A DNA stretch of 64,000 bases from Macrostomum lignano (lineage: Eukaryota), in NCBI GenBank assembly GCA_002269645.1, contig NIVC01002065.1:62001-126000 (forward strand). The letters run 5' to 3'. The translations under genes were made by a program, and so were the position numbers. Each line of letters starts with the position of its first letter. Positions within the stretch are counted from its first letter, which is position 1. Positions 24,701-37,439 of the stretch are shown here, piece by piece. The notes below the pieces were generated by a model. The model did no database searches, had not been told where the DNA came from, and was given only the letters and a program-made list of their open reading frames with translations.

Positions 24701-25540
24701 AGCTCTAGGATTGAAGTGAGGAATAGCCGATTCGTTGTTCATCAATCGGGGAAAAAATCAAACCGCCGAAAACGTTAATTAAATTAGGCTTTTATTTTCG
24801 CCTTCAAATTTCTTATTCCGAATTCCTTCGCTGAAATTTGCTGGAACCCTGCGTTAAGCACCTCTTCATCATGACATAAATTCTTGATCAACTAATTGAT
24901 GGAACTACGTAACGTCTGAATACTGACAATGCATGTGCACTGAATGATCAAGGACGACTGAGGTAACTATGTGATTTAAAGTCCAATTGTGAATGATGAA
25001 TAAGAATCACGCATTGATTAATATTCAATTCCCTACAGCATAATTCAGTACCCTAAGTACTGCAGAAAGTACCACTAAAATTCCGGGTCAGAATTCAATT
25101 GACCTTTGGATATTGACTCGACTATGTTTTAAAGCACAGCTTGTTGTGTCTATATATCTATTCAGATATGCATACATCATGTTATGTAGTTCGATCATTT
25201 CTGGCGCATTAAATGGTGACGGAATACGCTCGTACATACGAGTATATGTTAAAAAAATGTTCAGTGCATCAGATATCTTAAGATTGCATTCATCACAAAA
25301 ACAGTTAGTTCTAAAGATGCACTTGTGTGTAAATACTAACTGACTAACTATAACTAAACGCAACGTACCTGCCTGCTAAATTATGTTACAAGTACACTGT
25401 ATATGAGAACCCTCAATATCAGTATGTACATGTATGCAGTACGCTCGTATTATAAATCTGCTGTACAAAGTACATGTACATTATGTTTCAAATTCTAGTT
25501 TACATGTATGCAACAATTAAAAATGTCTAAAAGTTATTAA

Positions 25541-27270
25541 CAAGGACTACTCAAGTAGACGGACGGAAAACAATGTTTCTTCGAAATTTTAGAAGGCTTC
25601 ACCGAAAAGTACATTATAGGAAATTGTCCGAAGTTGATCATTTTTCAGCACAAAAATCTGTAAATTGCTTTTGATAGGAGGCAGACTTATTGTTCGTCTT
25701 TTTATATGACAATTGCCTTAATTCCTATAGCTCTATTTGATAGCTCGCATTGATAGAGCTTTTTTGTTTAGAAAATTAGGATTCGATGTTAATTTCATGA
25801 ATCTTTTTATCATGAATGTTTTATTGGTTGTGTAACAAAATGGATTCTTTAACTATACAAGGATTCAACCATTCAGAGAGACTATTCTGGGCTATGCTTT
25901 TCTCATAGTACACTGTTTTAGCCTAATACATGTATAATTAAAGCATTTTATTCTAAACAAAAGCGCTACGAATACCAATAGAGCTATAAGAAGGGCAAGT
26001 ACATGTCAAAAGATGAACACTGTGTCTGCCTCCTATCGAAAGCAATAAAAAATCTTGTGCTAAAAATGAAAATTCTCCGTAATGAAGCGGCTTGCGTGCG
26101 GCGAGATGAAGACCGCTTGTCTTTTTAATAAAGTGCTGCGGCTGGGCCTTTTACGGCTCGAGTTTATTTGGGCCATAGACAGTTTGAGCAGCAGTGGCTG
26201 GCTCTGTCAAAAGTACATGTGTCCGCTACACAACTCCCCCCAGAGCCAGACAATGTTGTTCTTGTATTGTGCTCGTCGGGAGCTCAGCTGCTGTGGCAAA
26301 CGGCTGGGTCGGCTGCGATTACTTTGTCACTAACGCAATGGAAACGACTGGGTTGGAAAAGGGTCACCGGCAGTGGATGACCGGGTTGGGGCGTCTAAAT
26401 TGGTAATGTGAAACTGTTAGTAGCACAGAAATCGAAAGCGTGCAGAGTATTTGGCTGGCTCGATGGCAGTTGTTCAGGGACTGTCAAAAAGTGTGAGCAC
26501 TTCGCTGCTGATAGATCGAGCTGCGGGCCGGTGGCGTTGTGGGACAGTTGAGGTCATAGGCACCAGCATCCTCGAGGCCGAGGGCAGCGGCAGCAGTGGA
26601 TGGTTGTGCTGATGATGATGCTGCTGGTACGTATGCCATTGTGGTGGTGATCCGTCGGTAGCGTGGTGGGGCCTGAAGCGCAGAAAAGTGCACTGATGCT
26701 TCGTCCGACGTGTCCGCCTGTGCTGCTGGGACAAGGCGTTGCCGAGGTGAGCCGCATCGACGTCGCAGCGTCGGGTGGGGCGTTGCAAGCAAACTTTGGC
26801 AGGCGAGAGCCCTTTACCCGGAGTGCACTGCTCACCTACTGCATAACCGCAGTGACCAGGAATCGGTCATGGTCACTTTGATGCGGCTCCAGTCAGAAGC
26901 GCTGAGCCGGATGCAGGGATCGAGGTGGCCGATGGCTTTGGCTGGACTCGGAAAACCTGGTGGCCGAAACTGTGACGAGGCAACGGGCGAAAAGCTTGAA
27001 ATACTCAGCTACGGCTGAGTATAGTCGGGCTCACCACTGAAGCGGCTTGCGTGCGGCGAGATGAAGACCGCTTGTCTTTTAATAAAGTGCTGCGGCTGGG
27101 CCTTTTACGGCTCGAGTTTATTTGGGCCATAGACAGTTTGAGCAGCAGTGGCTGGCTCTGTCAAAAGTACATGTGTCCGCTACAGTAATGTAATTTCTGG
27201 TAAAGTCTGCCTCGTAATAAAAGTTTCCAAGAAACGACGTGGTTTGCCGTCCTTACTTGAGTAGTCTTTG
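25541..27270. mobile_element. Non-autonomous DNA element with about 50-bp imperfect inverted repeats, interrupted by the LTR element
   Basis: caaggactactcaagtagacggacgg... (25541-25590) is the inverted counterpart of 27221-27270. Class unresolved. Confidence 0.6.
26083..27184 (-). mobile_element. Non-autonomous LTR retrotransposon (TRIM-like), 1102 bp
   Basis: 148/147-bp LTRs (26083-26230, 27038-27184) with TG...CA ends differing by one T; 4-bp TSD GTAA; PBS TGGTGAGCCCG and PPT GGGGGGAG on the minus strand; no gag/pol. Confidence 0.92.
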
Positions 27271-27540
27271 CCAGCATCTAATATTGTTTAAATGGCTTTT
27301 GAAATTCGTGCAACCATCAGATACATGTAAATGTACATGCATATCATTAGTGCTCGTGATTGAAATGTCAATAAGTAATCAGATCATAATGTGCCATTTC
27401 ACCAGTTAAAAATCAAACTGATTTCAATATCGCATATTTGTATAAACTGCGTCATTTATGCATCAAGAACAGTTGAGAGAAGAAATGACCGAGTCAAAAA
27501 AGTGCAAGTAATTAAAATGACAAGCAGTGCAGCTGAGCAC

Positions 27541-30500
27541 TCATTTGTACAACTTAGCAACATTTCGCCGGGCCAGTTCCGGCTCCTCGGAGCTGAACAC
27601 CAGGCCGAAGTCCTGCCTGGTGACGAGGTGCTGCTCGGCCACCGGCAGGCGGCTCCGGAAGCGAATCGCCACCTCGCTGGACAGGCAGACGGCCTCGCGC
27701 CACAGGCTGGGCTTCAGCTCGGCAAGCACGGAGGTCTGGCAGCCCCAGGCCGGGTAGGCGTTGAACTCCAGCAGGTAGACTCGGAGCTCGTCGTCGATCA
27801 GAAAGTCGACGCCGAGGATGCGAAACGCGTTGCTCGGACAGTCGCGATCGTCGAGGAAGTAACGGAACACGGCCGACACGTAGCCCAGCAGGGCGCCGAT
27901 CTTCGGGTACAGCTCCCGCTTGGCCCAGTCGCGATCCCGCAGCCGGTGCCGCTTGTTGAAGTAGTCGTTGAGCTCGTCCGGAAACCAGGTGGTGATCTCC
28001 TTAAGCTGGCTGAACGTCCTGGTCTGCTTGGCCTGCACGCTCTGGTTGGTGAGGTGGACGGCCAGGTCCGGCGAGGCGGCGTCGTAGGGCAGCGAGCTGA
28101 ACCGCACGAAGCCCGGGTGCATGAAGACGAAGTAGCCCAGCTGACTGGCTGCGGATGCGCGCATGCTTGTGCATCAGCTGGGAGCCGGGCTAGACGGGAC
28201 TTTGCCATTTCTGTTGGGTTCCGATTCTGGCTTCCCCGTGGGGTTTTTAGGCAATTCCCTTTGGGCTATGGATTGGTTCGGGTTCACTTAGTTACCTCCG
28301 TTTGGGTTTCTTTTTTTAGTGATACCTTTATTGCAGATTTCCTTAAAAGGGTTCCCTCAGGTGGTTCCTTCAATCATTTACACCTTGATTTGCTTAAACG
28401 GAAGCAAAGTTTTCAAAGGGTATTGCACTAATCGAGCGTACAAGGTTTGAGACTATACCAGGTATAGTTAAGACACCGTCTGATAGCGGAGACAGACAGG
28501 TACGAGACTCGGTTAGGTAGTTGGGACACTGATAGTGGAGACGGACAGGTGAGAGAATGGGTCAGGTAGTTGGGACACTGATAGTGGAGCCGGACAGGTG
28601 AGAGAATGGGTCAGGTAGTTGGGACACTGATAGTGGAGACGGACAGGTGAGAGAATGGGTCAGGTAGTTGGGACACTGATAGTGGAGCCGGACAGGTGAG
28701 AGAATGGGTCAGGTATAGTTGGGACACTGATAGTGGAGACGGACAGGTGAGAGAATGGGTCAGGTAGTTGGGACACTGATAGTGGAGCCGGACAGGTGAG
28801 AGAATGGGTCAGGTAGTTGGGACACTGATAGTGGAGCCGGACAGGTGAGAGAATGGGTCAGGTAGTTGGGACACTGATAGTGGAGCCGGACAGGTGAGAG
28901 AATGGGTCAGGTAGTTGGGACACTGATAGTGGAGCCGGACAGGTGAGAGAATGGGTCAGGTAGTTGGGACACTGATAGTGGAGCCGGACAGGTGAGAGAA
29001 TGGGTCAGGTAGTTGGGACACTGATAGTGGAGCCGGACAGGTGAGAGAATGGGTCAGGTAGTTGGGACACTGATAGTGGAGCCGGACAGGTGAGAGAATG
29101 GGTCAGGTAGTTGGGACACTGATAGTGGAGCCGGACAGGTGAGAGAATGGGTCAGGTAGTTGGGACACTGATAGTGGAGCCGGACAGGTGAGAGAATGGG
29201 TCAGGTATAGTTGGGACACTGATAGTGGAGCCGGACAGGTGAGAGAATGGGTCAGGTAGTTGGGACACTGATAGTGGAGCCGGACAGGTGAGAGAATGGG
29301 TCAGGTAGTTGGGACACTGATAGTGGAGCCGGACAGGTGAGAGAATGGGTCAGGTAGTTGGGACACTGATAGTGGAGCCGGACAGGTGAGAGAATGGGTC
29401 AGGTAGTTGGGACACTGATAGTGGAGCCGGACAGGTGAGAGAATGGGTCAGGTAGTTGGGACACTGATAGTGGAGCCGGACAGGTGAGAGAATGGGTCAG
29501 GTAGTTGGGACACTGATAGTGGAGCCGGACAGGTGAGAGAATGGGTCAGGTAGTTGGGACACTGATAGTGGAGCCGGACAGGTGAGAGAATGGGTCAGGT
29601 AGTTGGGACACTGATAGTGGAGCCGGACAGGTGAGAGAATGGGTCAGGTAGTTGGGACACTGATAGTGGAGCCGGACAGGTGAGAGAATGGGTCAGGTAG
29701 TTGGGACACTGATAGTGGAGCCGGACAGGTGAGAGAATGGGTCAGGTAAATAAAGACGAACGCACCGTCGCCGCAAGCGGAATCGGTTCCAACTCGTTTA
29801 GCATTGATCACCAGCATGTAGACTCGCAGGTCGAACTTGCGCTTGTCGGCCACCAGCGGCCGCTCAATGTAGCGCTGCATGATGACTTGATCGCTGGGCA
29901 TGTCCTGAAACTCGCTGCTGGTCAAAAAGCTGAGCAGGTCTTCCCGGACGTGGTCGCGTCGGATCCCGACTAGCTGTATCTTGTTGCCCATGCTGCCGCT
30001 GAAATCGAGCGACACTCTGGTATTGCATGCGCACGTACGAAGCATGAGGTGCATACAATACCATGCACAGGTAACACTCAAGTCATTTGATGACTTGACT
30101 TGTTGACTACCTCAAAGCATGTCCGAGGGTTGTCGTGCGATTCACAGCCATGAGGGCCAACTACCCAAAGGCACAGCGAGGGCACATGCCTGACGATTAG
30201 ACAGTCAGGGCCGCTGTACACCCTGTGTGAGCGTGTGCATAAGTACAGTAGGCATTGGTGCGCTTGCATATGCCCAGGAGTCAGAGGAATGGGCATGACT
30301 GCTGGTCTACTCACTGCCTGCGGTTCGACTGTGGCCTTGAATCGCGGCAGCGCCCACCTCCCCCTCGACAAAGTAGCAAACTGACCGAATCCCAATTTTA
30401 AATAAACTCACGAAACTGTCTTCGCCAGGTAGGTGCCAGGGTGATTTTCTGCAAGAAGTTGCACAGATTTTAGTTTCAAGTCTGTATAAATGCCGTCAAA

Positions 30501-32126
30501 AGGGGATGCAACCTACTCAAAACTGATTCTAAATTATCGTCAGCCATGCTGACTGTGAATGGCGTGAACTCTTCGTGACTGAAAATGTCCCCGGATCCTG
30601 TTGAGTAGCTGAGGCCTCTCTGCAGCATCTTCTCCTCAGCCTGGCGAAGAGAGCGGACAAGAAGCCACTTGCTGCACATCCGGTACATGCGGCTGGTGTA
30701 CGGCCGGAGAATCAGGTAGTTAGGACCGTCTGACAGCGGAGAGGGACAGGTGCGAGACTGGGTCAGGTAGTTGGGACACCGTCTGATAGACGAGAGGGAC
30801 AGGTGCGAGACTGGATCAGGTAGTTGGGACACCGTCTGATAGATGAGAGGGACAGGTGCGAGACTGGATCAGGTAGTTGGGACACCGTCTGATAGCGGAG
30901 AGGGACAGGTGCGAGAGTGAGTCAGGCAGTTGGGACACCGTCTGATAGCGGAGAGGGACAGGTGCGAGATGGGTCAGGTAGTTGGGACACCGTCTGATAG
31001 AGGAGAGGGACAGGTGCGAGACTGGATCAGGTAGTTGGGACACCGTCTGATAGCGGAGAGGGACAGGTGCGAGACTGAGTCAGGCAGTTGGGACACCGTC
31101 TGATAGCGGAGAGGGACAGGTGCGAGATGGGTCAGGTAGTTGGGACACCGTCTGATAGCGGAGAGGGACAGGTGCGAGACTGGATCAGGTAGTTGGGACA
31201 CCGTCTGATAGCGGAGAGGGACAGGTGCGAGACTGAGTCAGGTAGTTGGGACACCGTCTGATAGCGGAGAGGGACAGGTGCGAGATGGGTCAGGTAGTTG
31301 GGACACCGTCTGATAGCGGAGAGGGACAGGTGCGAGACTGGATCAGGTAGTTGGGACACCGTCTGATAGCGGAGAGGGACAGGTGCGAGACTGAGTCAGG
31401 TAGTTGGGACACCGTCTGATAGCGGAGAGGGACAGGTGCGAGACTGAGTCAGGTAGTTGGGACACCGTCTGATAGCGGAGAGGGACAGGTGCGAGACTGA
31501 GTCAGGTAGTTGGGACACCGTCTGATAGCGGAGAGGGACAGGTGCGAGACTGAGTCAGGTAGCTACCTTCAGATAAAAACCAAGTAATCGAAAAAGTGAA
31601 ATACAATTTTAAGCGAAACACTCTTGTTAAAAGTTTTGGCTCACACAGCAGGGGGTGACTCTGGCCGGCACAGGTAATCACAATATTGAGTTTGTTTTGG
31701 TCCGCTTCCGTTGCCAGGTCATTGGAAGCTGTCTCGTCACCAGTCTGGGCGTAGCCGAGACTGTTAAGGGGTTCGCGGATCCTGTGAAGCGAAAGAAAGT
31801 ATTTGATCAATATTGAACTTGATACTCCACAATGCATGATTTTTAAAGCCACTGCCATCCCGTTTCGTTGCCAAATTGAAGATTAGGCTGCTTGGTGTTG
31901 GCACCGCTTAGTGCTGGGACATCAGCAGATTAAACTTGCGCAAGCTCTCCCCCATCCTTCGCACTCACGCACTGTCGCTCATGCTGCCAAGCAGGAGAAT
32001 CTTCTGCCTGGGCAGGGCCGCGCGCCCCACCTGAGAGCCGTAAATGCCTCGAAAGCTGGCGGCCCGGCCAGCCAGCCCGTAGGGCAGCGACAGAATCTGC
32101 GGCAGTCGCTCACGTGACAGCGGCAT
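27541..32126 (-). CDS. TTLL10: Tubulin-tyrosine-ligase-like protein, closest in motif style to TTLL10 (glycylase), 6 exons (32126-31969, 31781-31645, 30729-30517, 30448-30412, 29998-29766, 28148-27541), 461 aa
   Basis: IMQRYIERPL..RKFDLRVYMLV, VHLTNQSVQ, FRILGVDFLIDDELRVYLLEFNAYP; exon phases consistent (1386 nt). Subfamily assignment is by recalled motif similarity. Confidence 0.8.
28490..29745. repeat. 49-bp minisatellite, about 25 near-identical copies, TTLL intron 5
   Basis: ggtagttgggacactgatagtggagccggacaggtgagagaatgggtca units. Confidence 0.97.
30715..31560. repeat. About 53-bp minisatellite, about 16 copies, TTLL intron 2; related to the 49-bp array
   Basis: Shares ggtagttgggacac, tgatag and gacaggtg blocks with the 49-bp unit. 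Confidence 0.95.
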
Positions 32127-32287
32127 GACTCCTAAATTGTTCCGCTTCGCAGTGCAGTAGTGGCGAATCCAGGACGAATGCGCGGTTTTCGGGTGCGATC
32201 AATCAATCTGCTGCTTGCCACGGCCTGTGGTGCACTTTGAACCATAGAGTTCCACTGGAGAATGGAATGCTAATTATAATCCTATTC

Positions 32288-33350
<1,063 letters not shown>

Positions 33351-33830
33351 CATCATCTCTACACTAAAAAAACTATGCAGTCAGGTTTAACATATGATTT
33401 CCTATGACAGAGGAGAGCATGAATTCAAAAGCCAATAACCAGTGTATTAAAACTGAATCGAGCAGTTTAGCCTCAAAGTGTTTGAGCTGAATCAAAACTA
33501 CAGAATAGGACAAGAGAGCTCAGGGTTTACGCACTGAAGCCTACTAATTCAGCTATGATGTACTGTACTGTTGCATGGTGTCAATTAGATGGCAAAAAAG
33601 CAACGCAACTAATAATTTTATCTAGCGCAATATTTCGAAGCACGAGTTATAAACAGATGTCACATGCTTTTAAATTACTTGTTGAACACTTCAAAGCGGC
33701 TCGCTTTCTTACTTGCAGTAGTTAAAGGCTGAAATCAAGTATTTTGAAACGGTAAAACATTAAAAAGTTACTTAATTTATTAGTCGGCCCCTTCAAAACT
33801 ACATTCTCGCCTCAGACTCAAAGTAGCAGT

Positions 33831-36800
33831 TCAGCATCCCTGACTGATGAAGCTTTTGCGCAGCTCGGCGAGCATCTCCGCAGCCTGGTCCAGGTCCTTG
33901 GTGTAGGCGCAAAACAACAGCGCAGTGTTGGTCTGCGCCACCAGCAGACCCTCGGTGTCATCCTGGCTGACCCCGCACAGGATCTCTGGCGAGCTGGTCT
34001 CCTCCTGCAGCCGGTAGACGGTGCTGCCGACGCCGAAACCCGCGCTCAGCGCGCCGCCCCGACTGTCGAAATTGTCGCGCAGAGCCGCCACCTGGCTTGG
34101 CGTCGGCGCGAACGCTGTCGGATTGCTGGCGAAGACGCCGCCGCTGTCGAGGCTAGCGACCGCGGCCCGGCTGAAGACACCGGTGCCAACGAGGCTGTTG
34201 TTGACGATGTTCGTCCACATCTGCGAGTGCGGCCCGTCCTCCCACTGCAGGGTGGGGCGGGTGGGAGCTTTGAGTCACGTGACGATTGCTACTGTCAGTA
34301 GTGTCTTACTGGGGCGGGCGGGAGCTTTGAGTCACGTGACCGATTGCTACTGTCAGTAGTGTCTTTACTGGGGCGGGCGAGAGCTTTGAGTCACGTGACC
34401 GATTGCTACCGTCAGTAGTGTCTTTACTGGGGCGGGCGAGAGCTTTGAGTCACGTGACCGATTGCTACTGTTAGTAGTTTCTGAACTTAAAGAGTAGTTA
34501 TGTTCTACAAAGCACTGCAAAGCACAAAGACCTCTCTAGCAGGCAGCAATCGATATTGTAGCACTATAATTGTTAGAAGATTAATCAAGTTGCAATCGAT
34601 TCACTTACTAATTTTGGTTCTTGGTTTCATCTTTTAAATTATCAAAGACATCACGTGATACTATATTAGCTGTGAATTATGCAGGGATGTTGTTTAAGGA
34701 GTCCCTGTATGAGGTATTTGTTATGAAGAAAACTATTCAACTCCGTAAAATTGTTAACCGTGGCAAAAGCTTTCGCCTAAAAAACTGCACCAGCTTAACT
34801 GTCACCTCAATCGGACTCAGTAGGGTTAGGTTGATCAAGTCAGACAGTTAATCGTGAGCACACTTCACTCAAAGAGAATTCGCCGCACACTTTTTTGATG
34901 ACGTCATCAGCTATCGAGTTCTTACAACAACGGCAGCAAGAGCTGTTTCTTCATCAGACTGTTCAGCGTCACAGTCAGGAGTTACTTCAGGCTGTTCAGC
35001 GTCACGGTCAGGAGTTACTTCAGGCTGCTCAGTATCACGGTCAGGAGTCTCTTCAGGCTGTTCAGTATCACGGTCAGGAGTCTCTTCAGGCTGCTCAGCA
35101 TCATGGTCAGGAGTCTCTTCAGACTGTTCAGCGTCACAGTCAGGAGTTACTTCAGGCTGTTCAGCGTCACGGTCAGGAGTCTCTTCAGGCTGCTCAGCAT
35201 CATGGTCAGGAGTCTCTTCAGACTGTTCAGCGTCACGGTCAGGAGTCTCTTCAGGCTGTTCAGCATCACGGTCAGGAGTCTCTTCAGACTGTTCAGCGTC
35301 ACGGTCAGGAGTCTCTTCAGACTGTTCAGCGTCACGGTCAGGAGTCTCTTCAGGCTGTTCAGCATCACGGTCAGGTGTCCCCTCAAGTTGTCCAGTTTCT
35401 TTGTCAGGAGTCACTTCAGGCTGTTGCGCCTCTTTGTCTACTGCAGCCAGCTTGGACTCCTGCTCCGCCACGTGGTCTGGCTTGACCGATTCCTCATCAT
35501 CAACTTTCTGCTGCCCCGGCTGAGCCCCGTCACCGTTTTCCGGTTTTTGCATTTCTTTTACACACGAGTCCTGCGCCAGATAAAAATAATTTCAACAAAA
35601 ATACTATCATTTTCATGATTGCCTACTTACGCAGTAGAAAGTAGACCATGTATATGTAAATTAAAAATGTTGGCATTACTAAAATCGTCTGTAAAATTAT
35701 TCCTAAAAATAATGCTGAAAACCATTCCAGTCTACTGTGAGTAGTTTGCCAGAGTACTCAACAGAGAAATAATAGTGAACTTAAATGAACTTCTCACTTT
35801 AGCTGCGCATACGAGCTAGCTGAAGCATGCAAACAACAAAGCCTTTTCACGTGATGGGAGAGTAAAGGTGGACTGCAATGTCTGTCAGCTCACGCCTGTA
35901 TGACTGCGCGGCTATCCAAAGCATAATGGCCTATGTAATTAGCATGAGCTGTGAGTACCTACTCACCTTAAATTGCCGAACAGCTCATGCTTATACTTAT
36001 GCGAGAATAGGCGCAATAAAAACTAGTTAATTAAATGTTTTCCAATTACATTGTACATTACTTCACTATTCTGCAAGTCTACAAGGCACTTACATTGATT
36101 CTTTTCCATAGGTGATATTCTCCTCTACAAGTGAGATTCTCCTCTACAGGTGAGATTATTCTCCATAGGTGAGATTATTCTTTACAGGTGAGATTCTCCT
36201 TTACAGGTGAGATTCTCCTCTACAGGTGAGATTATTCTCTACAGGTGAGATTATTCTCTACAGGTGAGATTATTCTCTACAGGTGAGATTATTCTCTACA
36301 GGTGAGATTATTCTCTACAGGTGGAATTATTCTCTACAGGTGAGATTATACTCTACAGGTGAGATTATTCTCTACAGGTGAGATTATTCTCTACAGGTGA
36401 GATTATTCTCTACAAGTGAGATTCTCCTCTACAGGTGAGATTATTCTCTACAGGTGAGATTATTCTCTACAGGTGGAATTATTCTCTACAGGTGGGATTA
36501 TTCTCTACAGGTGGGATTATTCTCTACAGGTGGGATTATTCTCTACAGGTGAGATTAAGTCTTTACAAGTGAGATTATTCTCTACAAGTGAGATTATTCT
36601 CTACAGGTGAGATTATTCTCTACAGGTGAGATTAAGTCTTTACAAGTGAGATTATTCTCTACAAGTGAGATTATTCTCTACAGGTGAGATTATTCTCTAC
36701 GGGTGGGATTATTCTCTACAGGTGAGATTACTTGTATTCTCTACGGATGAGGTTTTCCTCTAATATGAGCTTCTCCTCTAAAAGTGAGATTCTTCAAGAA

Positions 36801-37090
36801 TATTTTACGCCAGCTGCAATCCTCACCTTGACCCCGGCCACCGGCTTGGCCTCCTTTTTTGGCTTCTCGATCGGCGCCTTCGAGGCGTCTCCATCGTCGG
36901 CCTCGGCGTCCGAGGCGGCGGCCTTCTTTTTGCGCCGACGAAACAGCCCGCCGCAGCCCAGCTTCACGGCATCATCCGGTCTCTTGGACTTGGACTTCGA
37001 CTTCGACTTGGACTTCGACTTGGACTTGGACTTCTCGTCCGGCGCTGCTGCAGCCGATGAAGCCGCAGGTTGTATCTCTGCGTCGGCCAT
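33831..37090 (-). CDS. Profilin-domain protein with a long charged N-terminal extension, 3 exons (37090-36827, 35570-34926, 34244-33831), about 440 aa
   Basis: The C-terminal 129 aa follow the profilin pattern (W..IVNNSL..., GF.VG...Y, LLVAQTNTALLF..Y). Both introns are GT-AG phase 0. TATAAA lies at 37166-37161 and AATAAA at 33781-33776 (minus strand). Confidence 0.75.
34255..34470. repeat. About 59-bp tandem repeat x4 carrying TGAGTCACGTGAC
   Basis: Directly visible in intron 2 of the profilin-like gene. Confidence 0.9.
36105..36730. repeat. 19-bp minisatellite (acaggtgagattattctct)
   Basis: Directly visible. Confidence 0.95.
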
Positions 37091-37439
37091 TGGTGGCGCA
37101 AAGGGAAGATTTTGAATCAGACTGAGGTCGGCTCTGAGCAGACTCAGCAACAGCCTCGGGTTTATAGCGCCCGCACACTGCCGCCCCAACCCACAGCTCA
37201 GACAGACCCCCCAGGCTATTGCGGACCCGTCCTGTGCTGCTCGCCCCTCCCCCCAGCGCACCCACCCCCACCAACAGAAAAACTCGAGTACTTGATCGTG
37301 TAGTGCGCAGTCAAGGACACCTTAAACAGAGCATCTGGATTGCAAACTGATATCAGTTATTAACGCAATGAAAATCTGTTTAGTTATGCTTACGAACAGC
37401 ACACTGTCATTTATTTTTTATTTTTTCACAACCTCTGCT

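Noticed and set aside
25088-25363. 91-aa AT-rich ORF with CFCDEC
   Set aside because: No recognisable family, codon style unlike neighbouring genes, and no convincing splice partners.
25380-25510. Clusters of TACATGTA palindromes (also 27300-27340, 57380-57440, 57880-57940) as p53-like sites
   Set aside because: They do not fit RRRCWWGYYY and look like low-complexity AT-rich sequence.
26474-26835. ORFs inside the LTR element as gag remnants
   Set aside because: Short, low-complexity, with no zinc knuckle or other retroelement motif.
28490-31560. Regular arrays resembling CRISPR
   Set aside because: Units are contiguous with no unique spacers, there are no cas genes, and the context is a eukaryotic intron.
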